NCBI RefSeq assembly: GCF_058153355.1
Contig: NZ_CM177019.1
Strand: one strand, 5' to 3'
Length of the DNA stretch: 64,000 bases
Position numbers and translations under genes: made by a program
In this document: piece after piece, positions 49,372-61,221 of the stretch
Layout: each line of letters opens with the position of its first letter
How positions within the stretch are numbered: the first letter of the stretch is position 1
Notes under the pieces: model-generated
What the model saw: only the letters and a program-made list of their open reading frames with translations
What the model was told of the DNA's origin: nothing
Database searches by the model: none

Positions 49372-50031
49372 ATGAAGAAACGTGTTTATCTTATTGCCGC
49401 CGTAGTGAGTGGCGCTCTGGCGGTATCTGGCTGCACCACTAACCCTTACACAGGTGAACGCGAAGCAGGTAAATCTGCTATCGGTGCAGGTCTGGGCTCT
49501 CTCGTTGGCGCGGGTATTGGTGCGCTCTCTTCTTCGAAGAAAGATCGCGGTAAAGGCGCGCTGATTGGCGCAGCAGCGGGTGCAGCTCTGGGCGGCGGCG
49601 TTGGTTATTACATGGATGTGCAGGAAGCGAAGCTACGTGACAAAATGCGCGGCACTGGTGTTAGCGTAACCCGCAGCGGGGATAACATTATCCTCAATAT
49701 GCCGAACAATGTAACCTTCGACAGCAGCAGCGCGACCCTGAAACCGGCAGGCGCTAACACCCTAACCGGCGTGGCAATGGTGCTGAAAGAGTATCCGAAA
49801 ACGGCGGTTAACGTGATTGGTTATACCGACAGCACGGGTGGTCACGACCTGAACATGCGTCTCTCCCAGCAGCGTGCGGATTCCGTTGCCAGCGCGTTGA
49901 TCACCCAGGGCGTGGACGCCAGCCGCATCCGTACTCAGGGCCTTGGCCCGGCTAACCCAATCGCCAGCAACAGCACCGCAGAAGGTAAGGCGCAAAACCG
50001 CCGTGTAGAAATTACCTTAAGCCCGCTGTAA
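49372..50031 (+). CDS. yiaD: OmpA-family outer-membrane lipoprotein
   Basis: 219-aa ORF; lipobox LAVSGC; Gly-rich segment; C-terminal OmpA-like domain. Confidence 0.8.
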   Translation: MKKRVYLIAAVVSGALAVSGCTTNPYTGEREAGKSAIGAGLGSLVGAGIGALSSSKKDRGKGALIGAAAGAALGGGVGYYMDVQEAKLRDKMRGTGVSVTRSGDNIILNMPNNVTFDSSSATLKPAGANTLTGVAMVLKEYPKTAVNVIGYTDSTGGHDLNMRLSQQRADSVASALITQGVDASRIRTQGLGPANPIASNSTAEGKAQNRRVEITLSPL

Positions 50032-50134
50032 TCCCTTTCATGCCAGGTGATGCAAAAATCACCTGGCATTCTTCAGTTTTCCTTCATCATATTTCAGGCT
50101 AAGGTGATCGCCTTATCAGTGAATGGAGAGAAGA

Positions 50135-51109
50135 ATGAAGCCGTCCGTTATCCTCTACAAAGCCTTACCTGATGATTTACTGCAACGCCTGCAAGAGCAT
50201 TTCACCGTTCATCAGGTGGCAAACCTCAGCACACAAACCGTCGAACAAAATGCAGCAATTTTTGCCGAAGCTGAAGGTTTACTGGGTTCAAACGAGAATG
50301 TTGATGCCGCATTGCTGGAAAAAATGCCGAAACTGCGTGCCACATCAACGATCTCCGTCGGCTATGACAATTTTGATGTCGATGCGCTTACCGCCCGAAA
50401 AATTCTGCTGATGCACACACCAACCGTATTAACAGAAACCGTCGCCGATACGCTGATGGCGCTGGTGTTGTCTACCGCTCGTCGGGTTGTGGAGGTAGCA
50501 GAACGGGTAAAAGCAGGCGAATGGACCGCGAGCATAGGCCCGGACTGGTACGGCACTGACGTTCACCATAAAACACTGGGCATTGTCGGGATGGGACGGA
50601 TCGGCATGGCGCTGGCACAACGTGCGCACCTTGGCTTCAACATGCCCATCCTCTATAACGCGCGCCGCCACCATAAAGAAGCAGAAGAACGCTTCAACGC
50701 CCGCTACTGCGATTTGGATACACTGTTACAAGAGTCAGATTTCGTTTGCCTGATCCTGCCGTTAACTGATGAAACGCATCATCTGTTTAGCGCAGAACAA
50801 TTCGCCAAAATGAAATCCTCCGCCATTTTCATTAATGCCGGACGTGGTCCAGTGGTTGACGAAAATGCACTGATTGCAGCATTGCAGAAAGGGGAAATTC
50901 ACGCTGCCGGGCTGGATGTATTCGAACAAGAGCCACTGCCCGTAGATTCTCCGTTGCTCTCAATGGCCAACGTCGTCGCCGTACCGCATATTGGTTCTGC
51001 CACCCATGAGACGCGTTATGGCATGGCCGCCTGCGCCGTGGATAATTTGATTAATGCGTTACAGGGAAAAGTTGAGAAGAACTGTGTGAATCCGCACGTC
51101 GCGGAATAA
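50135..51109 (+). CDS. ghrB: Glyoxylate/hydroxypyruvate reductase B
   Basis: ORF 50123..51109; start at MKPSVILYK (324 aa); D-2-hydroxyacid dehydrogenase family with GxGxxG. Confidence 0.85.
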   Translation: MKPSVILYKALPDDLLQRLQEHFTVHQVANLSTQTVEQNAAIFAEAEGLLGSNENVDAALLEKMPKLRATSTISVGYDNFDVDALTARKILLMHTPTVLTETVADTLMALVLSTARRVVEVAERVKAGEWTASIGPDWYGTDVHHKTLGIVGMGRIGMALAQRAHLGFNMPILYNARRHHKEAEERFNARYCDLDTLLQESDFVCLILPLTDETHHLFSAEQFAKMKSSAIFINAGRGPVVDENALIAALQKGEIHAAGLDVFEQEPLPVDSPLLSMANVVAVPHIGSATHETRYGMAACAVDNLINALQGKVEKNCVNPHVAE

Positions 51110-51127
51110 CCGCGACTGCGGGAAGTA

Positions 51128-51153
51128 AAGCCCGATAATCGCCCGGGCTTTTA
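51128..51153. terminator. Candidate bidirectional terminator between ghrB and yiaF
   Basis: Hairpin AAGCCCG...CGGGCTT flanked by A/T runs between convergent genes. Confidence 0.4.
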
Positions 51154-51157
51154 CTCT

Positions 51158-51868
51158 TTATTGGGTTGCAGTGACTGCTGTAGTCCAGGCCTGATTAAAC
51201 GCCTGATGCTGTGCCGGTAATGGCGCAATCAGTTTGTTATATTCACTTGCCTGCTGCGAAGTCGGGAACTGGATGCCATTTGCGACAAAACTCACCTGAG
51301 TACCTTGCTGAGCAATGTAGTCTCCAACCATCACCAGTTGTTGCGTGAAAGTTTGTGCCGCCGGAATCAACGGTTGCAAAGCATCAGCTGGCGTCGTTAC
51401 CACTTTGGTGAATGCCTGATCAAAGACCGGTTTCAGGTCATCGCTCTGTTTTAGCGCAGAGTGCGCAGCATCGGCCTGCAACTTCGCATTTTGCAACTGT
51501 TGCGCCAGTACGCCCAGAGAACCGTTCATTTCACGCAGTGGGCCGCTTTGCGTAACGTAATCCTGCGGTACGCGAATTGCGTTAACGCTGTCTACAACCG
51601 GGCGCAGACCGGAATCCATCGCCTGATTCACCTGCTGTGAATAACCATACAGAATCGCGTAATCAGAGACAAAAGGACCAAACTGTTTTTTCTGATCGGC
51701 AGTCAGGGTTGGTAGACGTTCACCGCTACGCATCACTGTATTCTGCAGGAAGTCGATAAACGCTTTACGCTGATCGCCTTCTTTATCAAAACACCCACTC
51801 AGGCTAACTACCATTAATAACGCCGCAAGAGGCGCAAACCAGCGAGAGCAGGACTTTCCTGTCGCCAT
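51158..51868 (-). CDS. yiaF: Lipoprotein YiaF
   Basis: ORF 51158..51988; start set at MATGKSCSRWFAPLAALLMVVSLSGC (236 aa) with lipobox. Confidence 0.75.
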   Translation of the reverse strand: MATGKSCSRWFAPLAALLMVVSLSGCFDKEGDQRKAFIDFLQNTVMRSGERLPTLTADQKKQFGPFVSDYAILYGYSQQVNQAMDSGLRPVVDSVNAIRVPQDYVTQSGPLREMNGSLGVLAQQLQNAKLQADAAHSALKQSDDLKPVFDQAFTKVVTTPADALQPLIPAAQTFTQQLVMVGDYIAQQGTQVSFVANGIQFPTSQQASEYNKLIAPLPAQHQAFNQAWTTAVTATQ

Positions 51869-52301
51869 TTTCTTACTCCTTTCACCCAAAAAAAGCGCAC
51901 AACGACACACGCGTGTCTGACGTGACAAGGATAGTCCAGGACAGGCTTGCAGGATACCCTTTCTACGTAATCTTCCTGGTAAAATCATGGAGAAAATGAA
52001 ACAAGGTTAATTTGTTGTTTCATTGTTAAAAAATGATAGTGCCGTTGCTTTTTTTGTAGCCAGAGATTTACGCCTTCTCAGAACGTTAGATTTTCGAAAT
52101 CTTTACAAACCGGGAGTGGTAAGAGATATATCGGCATTTATCAGATCGTTAGGTGGCTATAAGTCACGCTAAATGACTGGCTGAATCGAATCATAGCCAG
52201 AGCATGCCCTGACTACACCCCGCTGTGTCTGTTTTTCCCGACTATTCTTAATGAGCTTCGATGCAATTCACGATCCCGCAGTGTGATTTGAGGAGTTTTC
52301 A

Positions 52302-52592
52302 ATGGAATATAAAGATCCCATGCATGAGCTGTTGAGCAGCCTGGAACAGATTGTTTTTAAAGATGAAACGCAGAAGATTACTCTGACGCATAGAACAACG
52401 TCCTGTACCGAGATTGAGCAGTTACGTAAAGGTACGGGGTTAAAAATCGATGATTTCGCTCGGGTTTTGGGCGTTTCCGTCGCCATGGTAAAGGAATGGG
52501 AATCCCGACGCGTTAAGCCTTCAAGTGCCGAACTAAAATTGATGCGTCTGATTCAAGCTAACCCAGCGTTAAGTAAGCAGTTGATGGAATAG
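52302..52592 (+). CDS. yiaG: HTH-type (Cro/C1-like) small regulator
   Basis: 96-aa ORF. Confidence 0.7.
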   Translation: MEYKDPMHELLSSLEQIVFKDETQKITLTHRTTSCTEIEQLRKGTGLKIDDFARVLGVSVAMVKEWESRRVKPSSAELKLMRLIQANPALSKQLME

Positions 52593-52712
52593 ACTTTTAT
52601 CCACTTTATTGCTGTTTACGGTCCTGATGACAGGACCGTTTTCCAACCGATTAATCATAAATATGAAAAATAATTGTTGCATCACCCGCCAATGCGTGGC
52701 TTAATGCACATC

Positions 52713-52872
52713 AACGGTTTGACGTACAGACCATTAAAGCAGTGTAGTAAGGCAAGTCCCTTCAAGAGTTATCGTTGATACCCCTCGTAGTGCATTTCCT
52801 TTAACGCTTCAAAATCTGTAAAGCACGCCATATCGCCGAAAGGCACATTTAAATTATTAAAGGTAATACACT
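52713..52872 (+). promoter_or_regulatory. cspA long 5' leader (cold-responsive regulatory region)
   Basis: About 160 nt of non-coding leader before the cspA start; role inferred from known cspA biology. Confidence 0.5.
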
Positions 52873-53085
52873 ATGTCCGGTAAAATGACTGGTATCGTAA
52901 AATGGTTCAACGCTGACAAAGGCTTCGGCTTCATCACTCCTGACGATGGCTCTAAAGACGTGTTCGTACACTTCTCTGCTATCCAGAACGATGGTTACAA
53001 ATCTCTGGACGAAGGTCAGAAAGTGTCCTTCACCATCGAAAGCGGCGCTAAAGGCCCAGCAGCTGGTAACGTAACCAGCCTGTAA
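52873..53085 (+). CDS. cspA: Major cold-shock protein CspA
   Basis: 70-aa [40 protein letters not shown]... with RNP1/RNP2 motifs. Confidence 0.95.
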
Positions 53086-53112
53086 TCTCTGCTTAAAAGC
53101 ACAGAATCTAAG

Positions 53113-53142
53113 ATCCCTGCCAAATGGCGGGGATTTTTTTAT
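53113..53142 (+). terminator. Rho-independent terminator of cspA
   Basis: Hairpin ATCCCTGCC/GGCGGGGAT followed by TTTTTTT. Confidence 0.6.
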
Positions 53143-53273
53143 TTGTTTATTCAGGAAATGAATAATCGTTCGCGTAATAAAATCTATTATTATTTTTGTG
53201 AAGAATAAATTTGGGTGCAATGAGAATGCGCAACGCCGTAAGAAAGGCGGGAATAACTTCCCGCCGAAGACTC

Positions 53274-53426
53274 TTACTCTTTCAATTTGCAGGCTAAAAA
53301 CGCCGCCAGCTCATAATTCTCCTGTTTAATATGCAATTCACACAGTGAATCTCTTATCATCCAGGTGAAAAATAAAAGCGTGAAACAAATCACTATTAAA
53401 GAAAGTAATCTATATTTCTGCGGCAT
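53274..53426 (-). CDS. hokA: Hok-family type I toxin HokA
   Basis: 50-aa ORF MPQKYRLLSLIVICFTLLFFTWMIRDSLCELHIKQENYELAAFLACKLKE. Confidence 0.75.
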   Translation of the reverse strand: MPQKYRLLSLIVICFTLLFFTWMIRDSLCELHIKQENYELAAFLACKLKE

Positions 53427-53486
53427 TCCCAGCCTCCTGTGTTGATTTCCAACGAGTAAGAGGCTAACCTTATGGTGTTCAGGCAT
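53274..53486 (-). CDS. mokA: Overlapping leader reading frame MokA ending at the hokA stop
   Basis: 70-aa ORF containing the hokA frame; called by analogy with hok/mok/sok loci. Confidence 0.5.
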   Translation of the reverse strand: MPEHHKVSLLLVGNQHRRLGMPQKYRLLSLIVICFTLLFFTWMIRDSLCELHIKQENYELAAFLACKLKE

Positions 53487-53704
53487 AGGGTAGCCTCACT
53501 TTGATTTATAGTCAGGTGGGGCTTTTCTCTGTCTGCCTTTCGGTGAATACCTGAGACAAACAGTCTCAAGCACCCGTGGCTATTCTAGCTTAATAAGTTC
53601 TTTTCTTCTCCTTGATATAATCCTAAAAAAATCTCATAAAATTAATATATGAGACAATCTTTATTCAGCAGAAGATTATTAAAGGTTGCTCTATTATTTA
53701 GCGA

Positions 53705-53735
53705 TAAAAAAGCCTGCCAGATGGCAGGCTTTTTA
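53705..53735. terminator. Bidirectional terminator downstream of glyS
   Basis: Hairpin AGCCTGCCAGATGGCAGGCT flanked by AAAAAA and TTTT. Confidence 0.5.
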
Positions 53736-53747
53736 ATAACGACGTTA

Positions 53748-55817
53748 TTACTGCAACAGCGAAATATCCGCAACTCGCAGGAATAATTCGCGCAGTTTCT
53801 CCAGCATGGTAAGACGGTTGATTCGCAATTCTTTGTCATCAACCATGACCATCACTTTATCGAAGAAGGCATCAACCGGTTCACGCAGCTCAGCCAGTTC
53901 GACCAGCGCATCCTGGTAACGACCTTCAGCAAAGTACGGCTCTAGCTTGTCACGTAGCACCACAACCTGCATCGCCAGTTTAATTTCTTCCGGCTCTTTC
54001 AGAGTAGAGGCATTCACGCGGTCGCTCAGCACTTCGTCAGATTTCGCCAGAATGTTAGATACACGCTTGTTCGCCGCCGCCAGTGCTGCAGCTGCATCCA
54101 GGGTACGGAAGTGCGATACCGCTTTCATTCGGGCATCGAAATCAGCCGGACGAGTCGGACGACGCGCCAGTACCGCCTGGATGGTGTCAACGGTGTAACC
54201 TTCGTCCTGATACCAGGCGCGGAAGCGACCGAGCATAAAGTCGATAACATCATCAACCACGTTGGCATTAGTCAGCTTATCGCCATACAGACGCACTGCT
54301 TCTTCGGTCAGGGTTTGCAGGTCAAGATTGAGGTTCTTCTCAACGATAATACGCAGCACGCCAAGTGCGGCACGACGCAACGCAAACGGGTCTTTGTCGC
54401 CTTTCGGATGCTGGCCGATACCGAAGATACCCGCCAGAGTATCCATCTTGTCAGCTATCGCCAGCGCACAGGCTACCGGGTTAGACGGCAGGTCATCACC
54501 GGCAAAGCGCGGCTGATACTGCTCGTTCAGCGCCACTGCGACATCTTCCGCTTCACCATCGTGACGCGCGTAGTGCATACCCATAACGCCCTGAGTGTCG
54601 GTGAACTCGAAGACCATGTTAGTCATCAGGTCACACTTAGACAGCAGGCCCGCACGGGTGGCATGATTCACGTCAGCGCCAATCTGTTCAGCAATCCAGC
54701 CAGCCAGCGCCTGAATGCGGTCAGTTTTGTCGCGCAGCGTACCCAGTTGTTGCTGGAACAGCACGGTTTGCAGGCGCGGCAGGTTATCTTCCAGACGTTT
54801 TTTACGGTCGGTATTGAAGAAGAACTCGGCATCCGCCAGACGTGGACGAACGACTTTCTCGTTACCAGAGATAATTTGCTGCGGATCTTTCGATTCGATA
54901 TTGGCAACGAAGATAAAGTTCGGCAGCAGTTTGCCGTCGTTCGCATACACCGGGAAGTATTTCTGGTCACCTTTCATGGTGTAAACCAGCGCTTCAGACG
55001 GCACCGCGAGGAATTTCTCTTCGAATTTTGCGGTCAGCACAACCGGCCATTCCACCAGCGAAGCGACTTCTTCCAACAGGCTTTCGCTTAAGTCAGCGTT
55101 ACCGCCAATCTTACGCGCCGCTTCTTCGGCATCGGCTTTAATCTTCGCCTTACGTTCTTCGTAATCGGCGATGACTTTCCCGCGCTCACGCAGAATTTCC
55201 GGATACTGATCAGCATTGTCGATAGTGAATTCCGGCTCGCCCATAAAGCGGTGGCCGCGAATCACGCGATCGGACTGAATGCCCAGAATGGTTGCCGGAA
55301 TGACTTTGTCGCCCAGCAGCAGGGTCACGGTGTGCACCGGACGCACGAAGTGCACGTCGCTTGCACCCCAACGCATCAGTTTCGGGATCGGCAGTTTCGC
55401 CAGCGAAGTCGCAACCATATTCGGCAACAGTGCTTCAGTGCTTTCGCCCTTCACGTGGGCGCGATACAGCAGCCATTCGCCTTTATCGGTAGTCAGACGC
55501 TCAGCCTGGTCAACGGTAATACCGCAACCACGCGCCCAGCCTTCTGCCGCTTTGCTCGGTTTGCCTTCAGCGTCGAACGCCTGGGCAATCGCCGGGCCGC
55601 GTTTTTCGATTTCACGATCCGGTTGTGCTTCCGCCAGGTTAGCTACTTTCAGCGCCAGACGACGCGGAGCAGCAAACCATTGAACGGTGCCATGTGCGAG
55701 GCCAGCGTTATCCAGCTCCGCAGTAAAGTTCGCAGCAAAGGACTCAGCCAGGCTGCGCAGTGCTTTTGGTGGCAGCTCTTCAGTGCCGATTTCCACCAGA
55801 AAAGTTTTCTCAGACAT
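53748..55817 (-). CDS. glyS: Glycine--tRNA ligase beta subunit
   Basis: 689-aa ORF. Confidence 0.95.
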   Translation of the reverse strand: MSEKTFLVEIGTEELPPKALRSLAESFAANFTAELDNAGLAHGTVQWFAAPRRLALKVANLAEAQPDREIEKRGPAIAQAFDAEGKPSKAAEGWARGCGITVDQAERLTTDKGEWLLYRAHVKGESTEALLPNMVATSLAKLPIPKLMRWGASDVHFVRPVHTVTLLLGDKVIPATILGIQSDRVIRGHRFMGEPEFTIDNADQYPEILRERGKVIADYEERKAKIKADAEEAARKIGGNADLSESLLEEVASLVEWPVVLTAKFEEKFLAVPSEALVYTMKGDQKYFPVYANDGKLLPNFIFVANIESKDPQQIISGNEKVVRPRLADAEFFFNTDRKKRLEDNLPRLQTVLFQQQLGTLRDKTDRIQALAGWIAEQIGADVNHATRAGLLSKCDLMTNMVFEFTDTQGVMGMHYARHDGEAEDVAVALNEQYQPRFAGDDLPSNPVACALAIADKMDTLAGIFGIGQHPKGDKDPFALRRAALGVLRIIVEKNLNLDLQTLTEEAVRLYGDKLTNANVVDDVIDFMLGRFRAWYQDEGYTVDTIQAVLARRPTRPADFDARMKAVSHFRTLDAAAALAAANKRVSNILAKSDEVLSDRVNASTLKEPEEIKLAMQVVVLRDKLEPYFAEGRYQDALVELAELREPVDAFFDKVMVMVDDKELRINRLTMLEKLRELFLRVADISLLQ

Positions 55818-55826
55818 AGCCGCCTC

Positions 55827-56738
55827 TTACTTATCTTTGTTGCACATCGGGAAGCCGAGGGCTTCACGGGAAGCGTAGTATGCTTCTGCCACTGCTTTGG
55901 TCAGGGTGCGAATGCGCAGAATATAGCGCTGACGCTCAGTGACGGAGATGGCTTTACGCGCATCCAGCAGGTTGAAGCTGTGGGCGGCTTTCAGAATACG
56001 CTCGTAGGCTGGCAGCGGCAGCGGATTTTCCAGCGCCAGCAGCTGCTGCGCTTCTTTCTCGTATTGCTCGAAGCAGGTGAACAGGAAGTCCACATCCGCG
56101 TATTCGAAGTTGTAAGTGGACTGCTCCACTTCGTTCTGATGGAACACGTCGCCGTAGGTGGTTTTACCCAGCGGGCCGTCGCTCCAGACCAGGTCGTAAA
56201 CGCTGTCTACGCCCTGAATGTACATTGCCAGACGTTCCAGACCGTAGGTGATCTCGCCGGTAACCGGTTTACACTCCAGACCACCAACCTGCTGGAAGTA
56301 AGTGAACTGCGTCACTTCCATGCCGTTCAGCCACACTTCCCAGCCCAGCCCCCAGGCACCCAAAGTCGGGTTTTCCCAGTTATCTTCCACGAAACGGATA
56401 TCGTGGATAGTCGGGTCCATGCCCAGCTCTTTCAGAGAACCAAGGTACAGCTCCTGAATATTGTCCGGCGATGGCTTAATGACCACCTGGAACTGATAGT
56501 AGTGCTGTAAACGGTTGGGGTTTTCGCCGTAGCGACCATCGGTCGGGCGACGAGAAGGCTGAACATAAGCAGCCGCCATCGGTTCTGGCCCCAGCGCGCG
56601 CAGACAGGTCATTGGGTGAGAGGTTCCCGCGCCGACTTCCATGTCCAATGGTTGAACAATGGTGCAGCCCTGGCGAGCCCAGTAATCCTGTAAGGTCAGG
56701 ATCAAGCCCTGGAAGGTCCTGGTATCAAACTTTTGCAT
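55827..56738 (-). CDS. glyQ: Glycine--tRNA ligase alpha subunit
   Basis: 303-aa ORF. Confidence 0.95.
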
Positions 56739-56832
56739 ATTATTTCGTGCTGGATACGTGTGGATTTAAAGGAAGGGATCAGTATACCCGCTGGATGGAA
56801 GATATACAGTACGAAACGGGAAAAAGCAGGGC

Positions 56833-57141
56833 TTAACGCATGGAAAGATGCAAAAAATGGCCATCCGCGTCAAAAGAACAGACAAACTGCTCTTTCCGGA
56901 AGGTATAACCACGCATTTCGTAGCTTCCCTGGAACTGTTCGAAGGCGGTGACGTCGATTTTTTGCTCGCCGGTGTTATAACGTTTTGCCGCCTGATCCTT
57001 GCATAACGCTTCCATATTCAACGAACGCAGAGGATCAACCTTTACCCGTTGTGCTTTCTGCACGGGTGGCGGTGTAGAACAACCCACTAGCGCCATAAGC
57101 ACTATAAGCGCCATTGCCGGAAAGAAAGAGTTCATCATCAT
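56833..57141 (-). CDS. ysaB: Small lipoprotein YsaB
   Basis: About 100-aa ORF with signal peptide and lipobox LVGC; exact start uncertain. Confidence 0.6.
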   Translation of the reverse strand: MMMNSFFPAMALIVLMALVGCSTPPPVQKAQRVKVDPLRSLNMEALCKDQAAKRYNTGEQKIDVTAFEQFQGSYEMRGYTFRKEQFVCSFDADGHFLHLSMR

Positions 57142-57315
57142 TAAATTACCGTCTGGTTTGCAGGTGAGTCTTATTATTTATATCGGTATAGTGGCTGATA
57201 TCTTACGAATTTCCTTAAGCCTCTATAAGCTGTAGTGATAAAACTCAGATTATTCCAGTGCGCCAACCGAATGATTTATCGGTCAGACTTTTTTTAACCA
57301 GATACAGAGACACAG

Positions 57316-58311
57316 ATGCAGCCCAAAATTTACTGGATTGATAACCTGCGAGGGATAGCGTGTTTAATGGTGGTGATGATTCACACCACAACCTGGTATG
57401 TGACCAATGCTCATAGTGTTAGCCCCGCTACCTGGGATATCGCCAATGTTCTGAATTCTGCCTCTCGTGTCAGCGTGCCGCTATTTTTCATGATTTCCGG
57501 CTATCTCTTTTTTGGCGAACGCAGCGCCCAGCCGCGCCATTTCTTACGTATCGGCTTATGTCTGCTTTTTTATAGCGCAATCGCACTGCTCTACATTGCG
57601 CTGCTTACCTCCATCAATGTGGAGTTAGCGCTGAAAAACCTGCTGCAAAAGCCAGTGTTTTACCACTTATGGTTTTTCTTCGCGATTGCGGTGATTTATC
57701 TGGTTTCACCGCTGATTCAGGTGAAGAACGTTGGCGGAAAAATGTTGCTGGTACTAATGGTGGTGATTGGTATTATCGCTAACCCAAACACAGTGCCGCA
57801 GAAAATTGACGGTTTTGAATGGCTGCCAATTAACTTATATATCAATGGCGATACTTTTTACTACATCCTGTATGGCATGTTGGGCCGCGCTATAGGGATG
57901 ATGGACACACAGCATAAAGCACTGTCGTGGGTGTGCGCCGCACTGTTTGCGACGGGGGTTTTTATTATCTCTCGCGGGACATTATATGAATTGCAGTGGC
58001 GCGGAAATTTTGCCGATACCTGGTATCTTTACTGTGGGCCGATGGTTTTTATCTGCGCAATCGCACTATTGACTCTGGTTAAAAATACGCTGGATACACA
58101 CACTGTTCCCGGGCTTGGGCTGATATCACGCCATTCTTTAGGTATATACGGGTTCCACGCATTGATTATCCATGCGCTGCGTACCCGGGGGATTGAGCTT
58201 AAAAACTGGCCAATACTGGATATTATTTGGATCTTTTGCGCGACGTTGGCAGCGAGTTTGTTACTTTCTATGCTGGTACAACGAATCGACAGAAACAGAC
58301 TAGTGAGTTAA
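57316..58311 (+). CDS. wecH: Membrane O-acetyltransferase (acyltransferase 3 family)
   Basis: 331-aa polytopic ORF. Confidence 0.85.
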   Translation: MQPKIYWIDNLRGIACLMVVMIHTTTWYVTNAHSVSPATWDIANVLNSASRVSVPLFFMISGYLFFGERSAQPRHFLRIGLCLLFYSAIALLYIALLTSINVELALKNLLQKPVFYHLWFFFAIAVIYLVSPLIQVKNVGGKMLLVLMVVIGIIANPNTVPQKIDGFEWLPINLYINGDTFYYILYGMLGRAIGMMDTQHKALSWVCAALFATGVFIISRGTLYELQWRGNFADTWYLYCGPMVFICAIALLTLVKNTLDTHTVPGLGLISRHSLGIYGFHALIIHALRTRGIELKNWPILDIIWIFCATLAASLLLSMLVQRIDRNRLVS

Positions 58312-58314
58312 ATA

Positions 58315-58345
58315 AAAGCCCGGTCACATTGGACTGACCGGGCTT
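58315..58345. terminator. Candidate bidirectional terminator between wecH and yiaA
   Basis: Hairpin AAAGCCCGGTCA...TGACCGGGCTT between convergent genes. Confidence 0.4.
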
Positions 58346-58352
58346 ATGTGAA

Positions 58353-58811
58353 TTATTCGCTGTATTCTTCCTGGGTAACCTGTGTTTCTTTTGGTGGGTT
58401 TATTCCGGCATCACGAATATTCTTCTGCACCGCTACTGCACCAAACAAGCTTAAGAAGAAAGCCAGTCCATAAAAACCTTTCTCGCTGAGTAATAACGTC
58501 GCATTCCACAGACCTACCATCAGTAACGCAACAGAGATAATAAAGACAGTCAGGCAGGTCATATAATAAATGGAGGTGGTCGGTATGCCTTCATACTTGT
58601 CCCGAACGGTCTTTTGATAAGATGCCGCAGAAAACAGTCCTAGCACCAGCACGGCAAAATAATATCCTTTTTCATTTAACTGCATCTCTGCATTCCATAG
58701 CCCTAACAGATAGGTAACGATACCACCAACAAGAGCTATCCATGACACAATACTAAATGCCGGAGAATAGGTTGATATTTTGGTAAGCGTCTTATCAGGA
58801 CCGTCTGGCAA
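58353..58811 (-). CDS. yiaA: Inner membrane protein YiaA with 5' end replaced by an IS terminus (chimeric start)
   Basis: ORF reads [10 protein letters not shown] from inside the IS66-family end (58783..58811) into [14 protein letters not shown]...; native start codons MDNKI lie 2.47 kb away at 61253..61267. Confidence 0.65.
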
Positions 58812-58857
58812 ATTCCCGATGCTTTGGACAAAGTATCCACCACTAAATTAATAGTGG

Positions 58858-59286
58858 GTGATAAAAATGTCAGATATACAAAAAAATGCCTCTCCGGGAA
58901 GGCCTAAAGGGTGCCTGAATTATCCTCCTGAATTCAAACAACGACTCATAGAAGCATCATTCCAGCCAGGTGTTTCAATTTCCAGACTGGCCCTGGACAA
59001 TGGTATTAATGCCAATCTGTTGTTCAAATGGCGTCAGAAATGGCGGCAGGGGAAGATAAAATTGCCATCATCAGAATCAGGCAGAGAATCTCAGTTAATT
59101 CCTGTCACTATTGATGCCCAACTCCCAACTGCTCCGGCTAATGAGCCACTGACCGCAAGACCGTCAGTAACACCGGAAATACACAGCATCTCCTGTGAGA
59201 TTACGTTCAGAAACGGCACCCTTCGGTTGAACGGGGCAGTGAATGAAAATCTGCTGTCCTTGCTTATACAGGAGCTGAGACGGTGA
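58858..59286 (+). CDS. IS66-family accessory protein (orfA/TnpA-like)
   Basis: 142-aa ORF; stop overlaps next ORF start (ATGA-type coupling). Confidence 0.75.
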   Translation: MIKMSDIQKNASPGRPKGCLNYPPEFKQRLIEASFQPGVSISRLALDNGINANLLFKWRQKWRQGKIKLPSSESGRESQLIPVTIDAQLPTAPANEPLTARPSVTPEIHSISCEITFRNGTLRLNGAVNENLLSLLIQELRR

Positions 59287-59630
59287 TATCTCTCCCTGCA
59301 GGTTCGCGTATCTGGCTGGTTGCAGGTATCACCGATATGCGAAATGGCTTTAACGGCCTGGCCTCAAAAGTTCAGAACGTCCTGAAGGATGACCCGTTCT
59401 CCGGGCATCTGTTCATCTTCCGCGGACGCCGGGGTGACCAGATAAAAGTGTTGTGGGCTGACAGTGACGGACTGTGCCTCTTCACCAGACGCCTGGAGCG
59501 GGGCCGCTTCGTCTGGCCGGTCACCCGTGACGGCAAGGTGCACCTTACTCCGGCCCAGTTATCCATGCTTCTTGAGGGCATCGACTGGAAACACCCGAAA
59601 CGAACGGAACGCGCTGGCATCCGCATATAA
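59283..59630 (+). CDS. IS66-family accessory protein (orfB/TnpB-like)
   Basis: 115-aa ORF MISLPAGSRIWLVAGITDMRNGFNGLA..., characteristic IS66 orf2. Confidence 0.8.
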   Translation: MISLPAGSRIWLVAGITDMRNGFNGLASKVQNVLKDDPFSGHLFIFRGRRGDQIKVLWADSDGLCLFTRRLERGRFVWPVTRDGKVHLTPAQLSMLLEGIDWKHPKRTERAGIRI

Positions 59631-59649
59631 CCCGTTGTAAAGTGAGGAT

Positions 59650-61221
59650 ATGGACACCTCACTTGCTCATGAGAATGCCCGCCTGCGGGCACTGTTGCAG
59701 ACGCAACAGGACACCATCCGCCAGATGGCGAAATACAACCGCCTGCTCTCACAGCGGGTGGCGGCTTATGCTTCCGAAATCAACCGGCTGAAGGCGCTGG
59801 TTGCAAAACTGCAGCGCATGCAGTTCGGTAAAAGCTCAGAAAAACTTCGTGCAAAAACCGAACGGCAGATACAGGAAGCACAGGAGCGAATCAGCGCTCT
59901 TCAGGAAGAAATGGCGGAAACGCTGGGTGAGCAATATGACCCGGTACTGCCATCTCCCCTGCGCCAGTCTTCAGCCCGTAAACCGTTACCTGCCTCACTT
60001 CCCCGTGAAACCCGGGTCATCCGTCCGGAAGAGGAATGCTGCCCGGCCTGTGGTGGCGAACTCAGTTCTCTGGGATGTGATGTGTCAGAGCAACTGGAGC
60101 TTATCAGCAGCGCCTTTAAGGTTATCGAAACACAACGTCCGAAACTGGCCTGTTGCCGGTGCGACCATATCGTGCAGGCTCCGGTGCCTTCAAAACCCAT
60201 TGCACGCAGTTATGCCGGAGCGGGGCTTCTGGCCCATGTTGTCGCTGGAAAATATGCAGACCATCTGCCGTTATACCGCCAGTCAGAAATATACCGTCGT
60301 CAGGGCGTGGAGCTGAGCCGTGCCACACTGGGGCGCTGGACAGGTGCTGTTGCTGAACTGCTGGAACCGCTGTATGACATCCTGCGCCAGTATGTGCTGA
60401 TGCCCGGTAAAGTCCATGCCGATGATATCCCCGTTCCGGTCCAGGAGCCGGGCAGCGGTAAAACAAGGACTGCCCGGCTGTGGGTCTACGTTCGTGATGA
60501 CCGTAACGCCGGTTCGGAAATGCCTCCGGCGGTCTGGTTCGCGTACAGCCCGGACCGGAAAGGTATCCATCCACAGAATCATCTGGCCGGTTACAGCGGA
60601 GTGCTTCAGGCCGATGCTTACGGTGGTTACCGGGCGTTGTACGAATCCGGCAGAATAACGGAAGCCGCATGTATGGCTCATGCCCGGAGAAAAATCCACG
60701 ATGTGCATGCAAGAGTGCCCACCGACATCACCACGGAAGCCCTGCAGCGTATCGGTGAACTGTATGCCATCGAGGCAGAGGTCCGGGGCTGTTCAGCAGA
60801 ACAGCGTCTGGCGGCAAGAAAAGCCAGAGCCGCGCCACTGATGCAGTCACTGTATGACTGGATACAGCAACAGATGAAAACACTGTCGCGTCACTCGGAC
60901 ACGGCAAAAGCGTTCGCATACCTGCTGAAACAGTGGGATGCACTGAACGTGTACTGCAGTAATGGCTGGGTGGAAATCGACAACAACATCGCAGAGAACG
61001 CCTTACGGGGAGTGGCCGTAGGCCGGAAAAACTGGCTCTTCGCGGGTTCTGACAGCGGTGGTGAACATGCTGCGGTGTTGTACTCGCTGATCGGCACATG
61101 CCGTCTGAACAATGTGGAGCCAGAAAAGTGGCTGCGTTACGTCATTGAACATATCCAGGACTGGCCGGCAAACCGGGTACGCGATCTGTTGCCCTGGAAA
61201 GTTGATCTGAGCTCTCAGTAA
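59650..61221 (+). CDS. IS66-family transposase (TnpC)
   Basis: 523-aa ORF with N-terminal leucine-zipper-like region, CxxC pairs and DDE-type core. Confidence 0.85.
   Translation: MDTSLAHENARLRALLQTQQDTIRQMAKYNRLLSQRVAAYASEINRLKALVAKLQRMQFGKSSEKLRAKTERQIQEAQERISALQEEMAETLGEQYDPVLPSPLRQSSARKPLPASLPRETRVIRPEEECCPACGGELSSLGCDVSEQLELISSAFKVIETQRPKLACCRCDHIVQAPVPSKPIARSYAGAGLLAHVVAGKYADHLPLYRQSEIYRRQGVELSRATLGRWTGAVAELLEPLYDILRQYVLMPGKVHADDIPVPVQEPGSGKTRTARLWVYVRDDRNAGSEMPPAVWFAYSPDRKGIHPQNHLAGYSGVLQADAYGGYRALYESGRITEAACMAHARRKIHDVHARVPTDITTEALQRIGELYAIEAEVRGCSAEQRLAARKARAAPLMQSLYDWIQQQMKTLSRHSDTAKAFAYLLKQWDALNVYCSNGWVEIDNNIAENALRGVAVGRKNWLFAGSDSGGEHAAVLYSLIGTCRLNNVEPEKWLRYVIEHIQDWPANRVRDLLPWKVDLSSQ

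Noticed and set aside
54111-56510. 326-aa and 419-aa plus-strand ORFs overlapping glyS and glyQ
   Set aside because: Antisense to two essential, highly conserved aminoacyl-tRNA synthetase genes; no independent start or coding signal.
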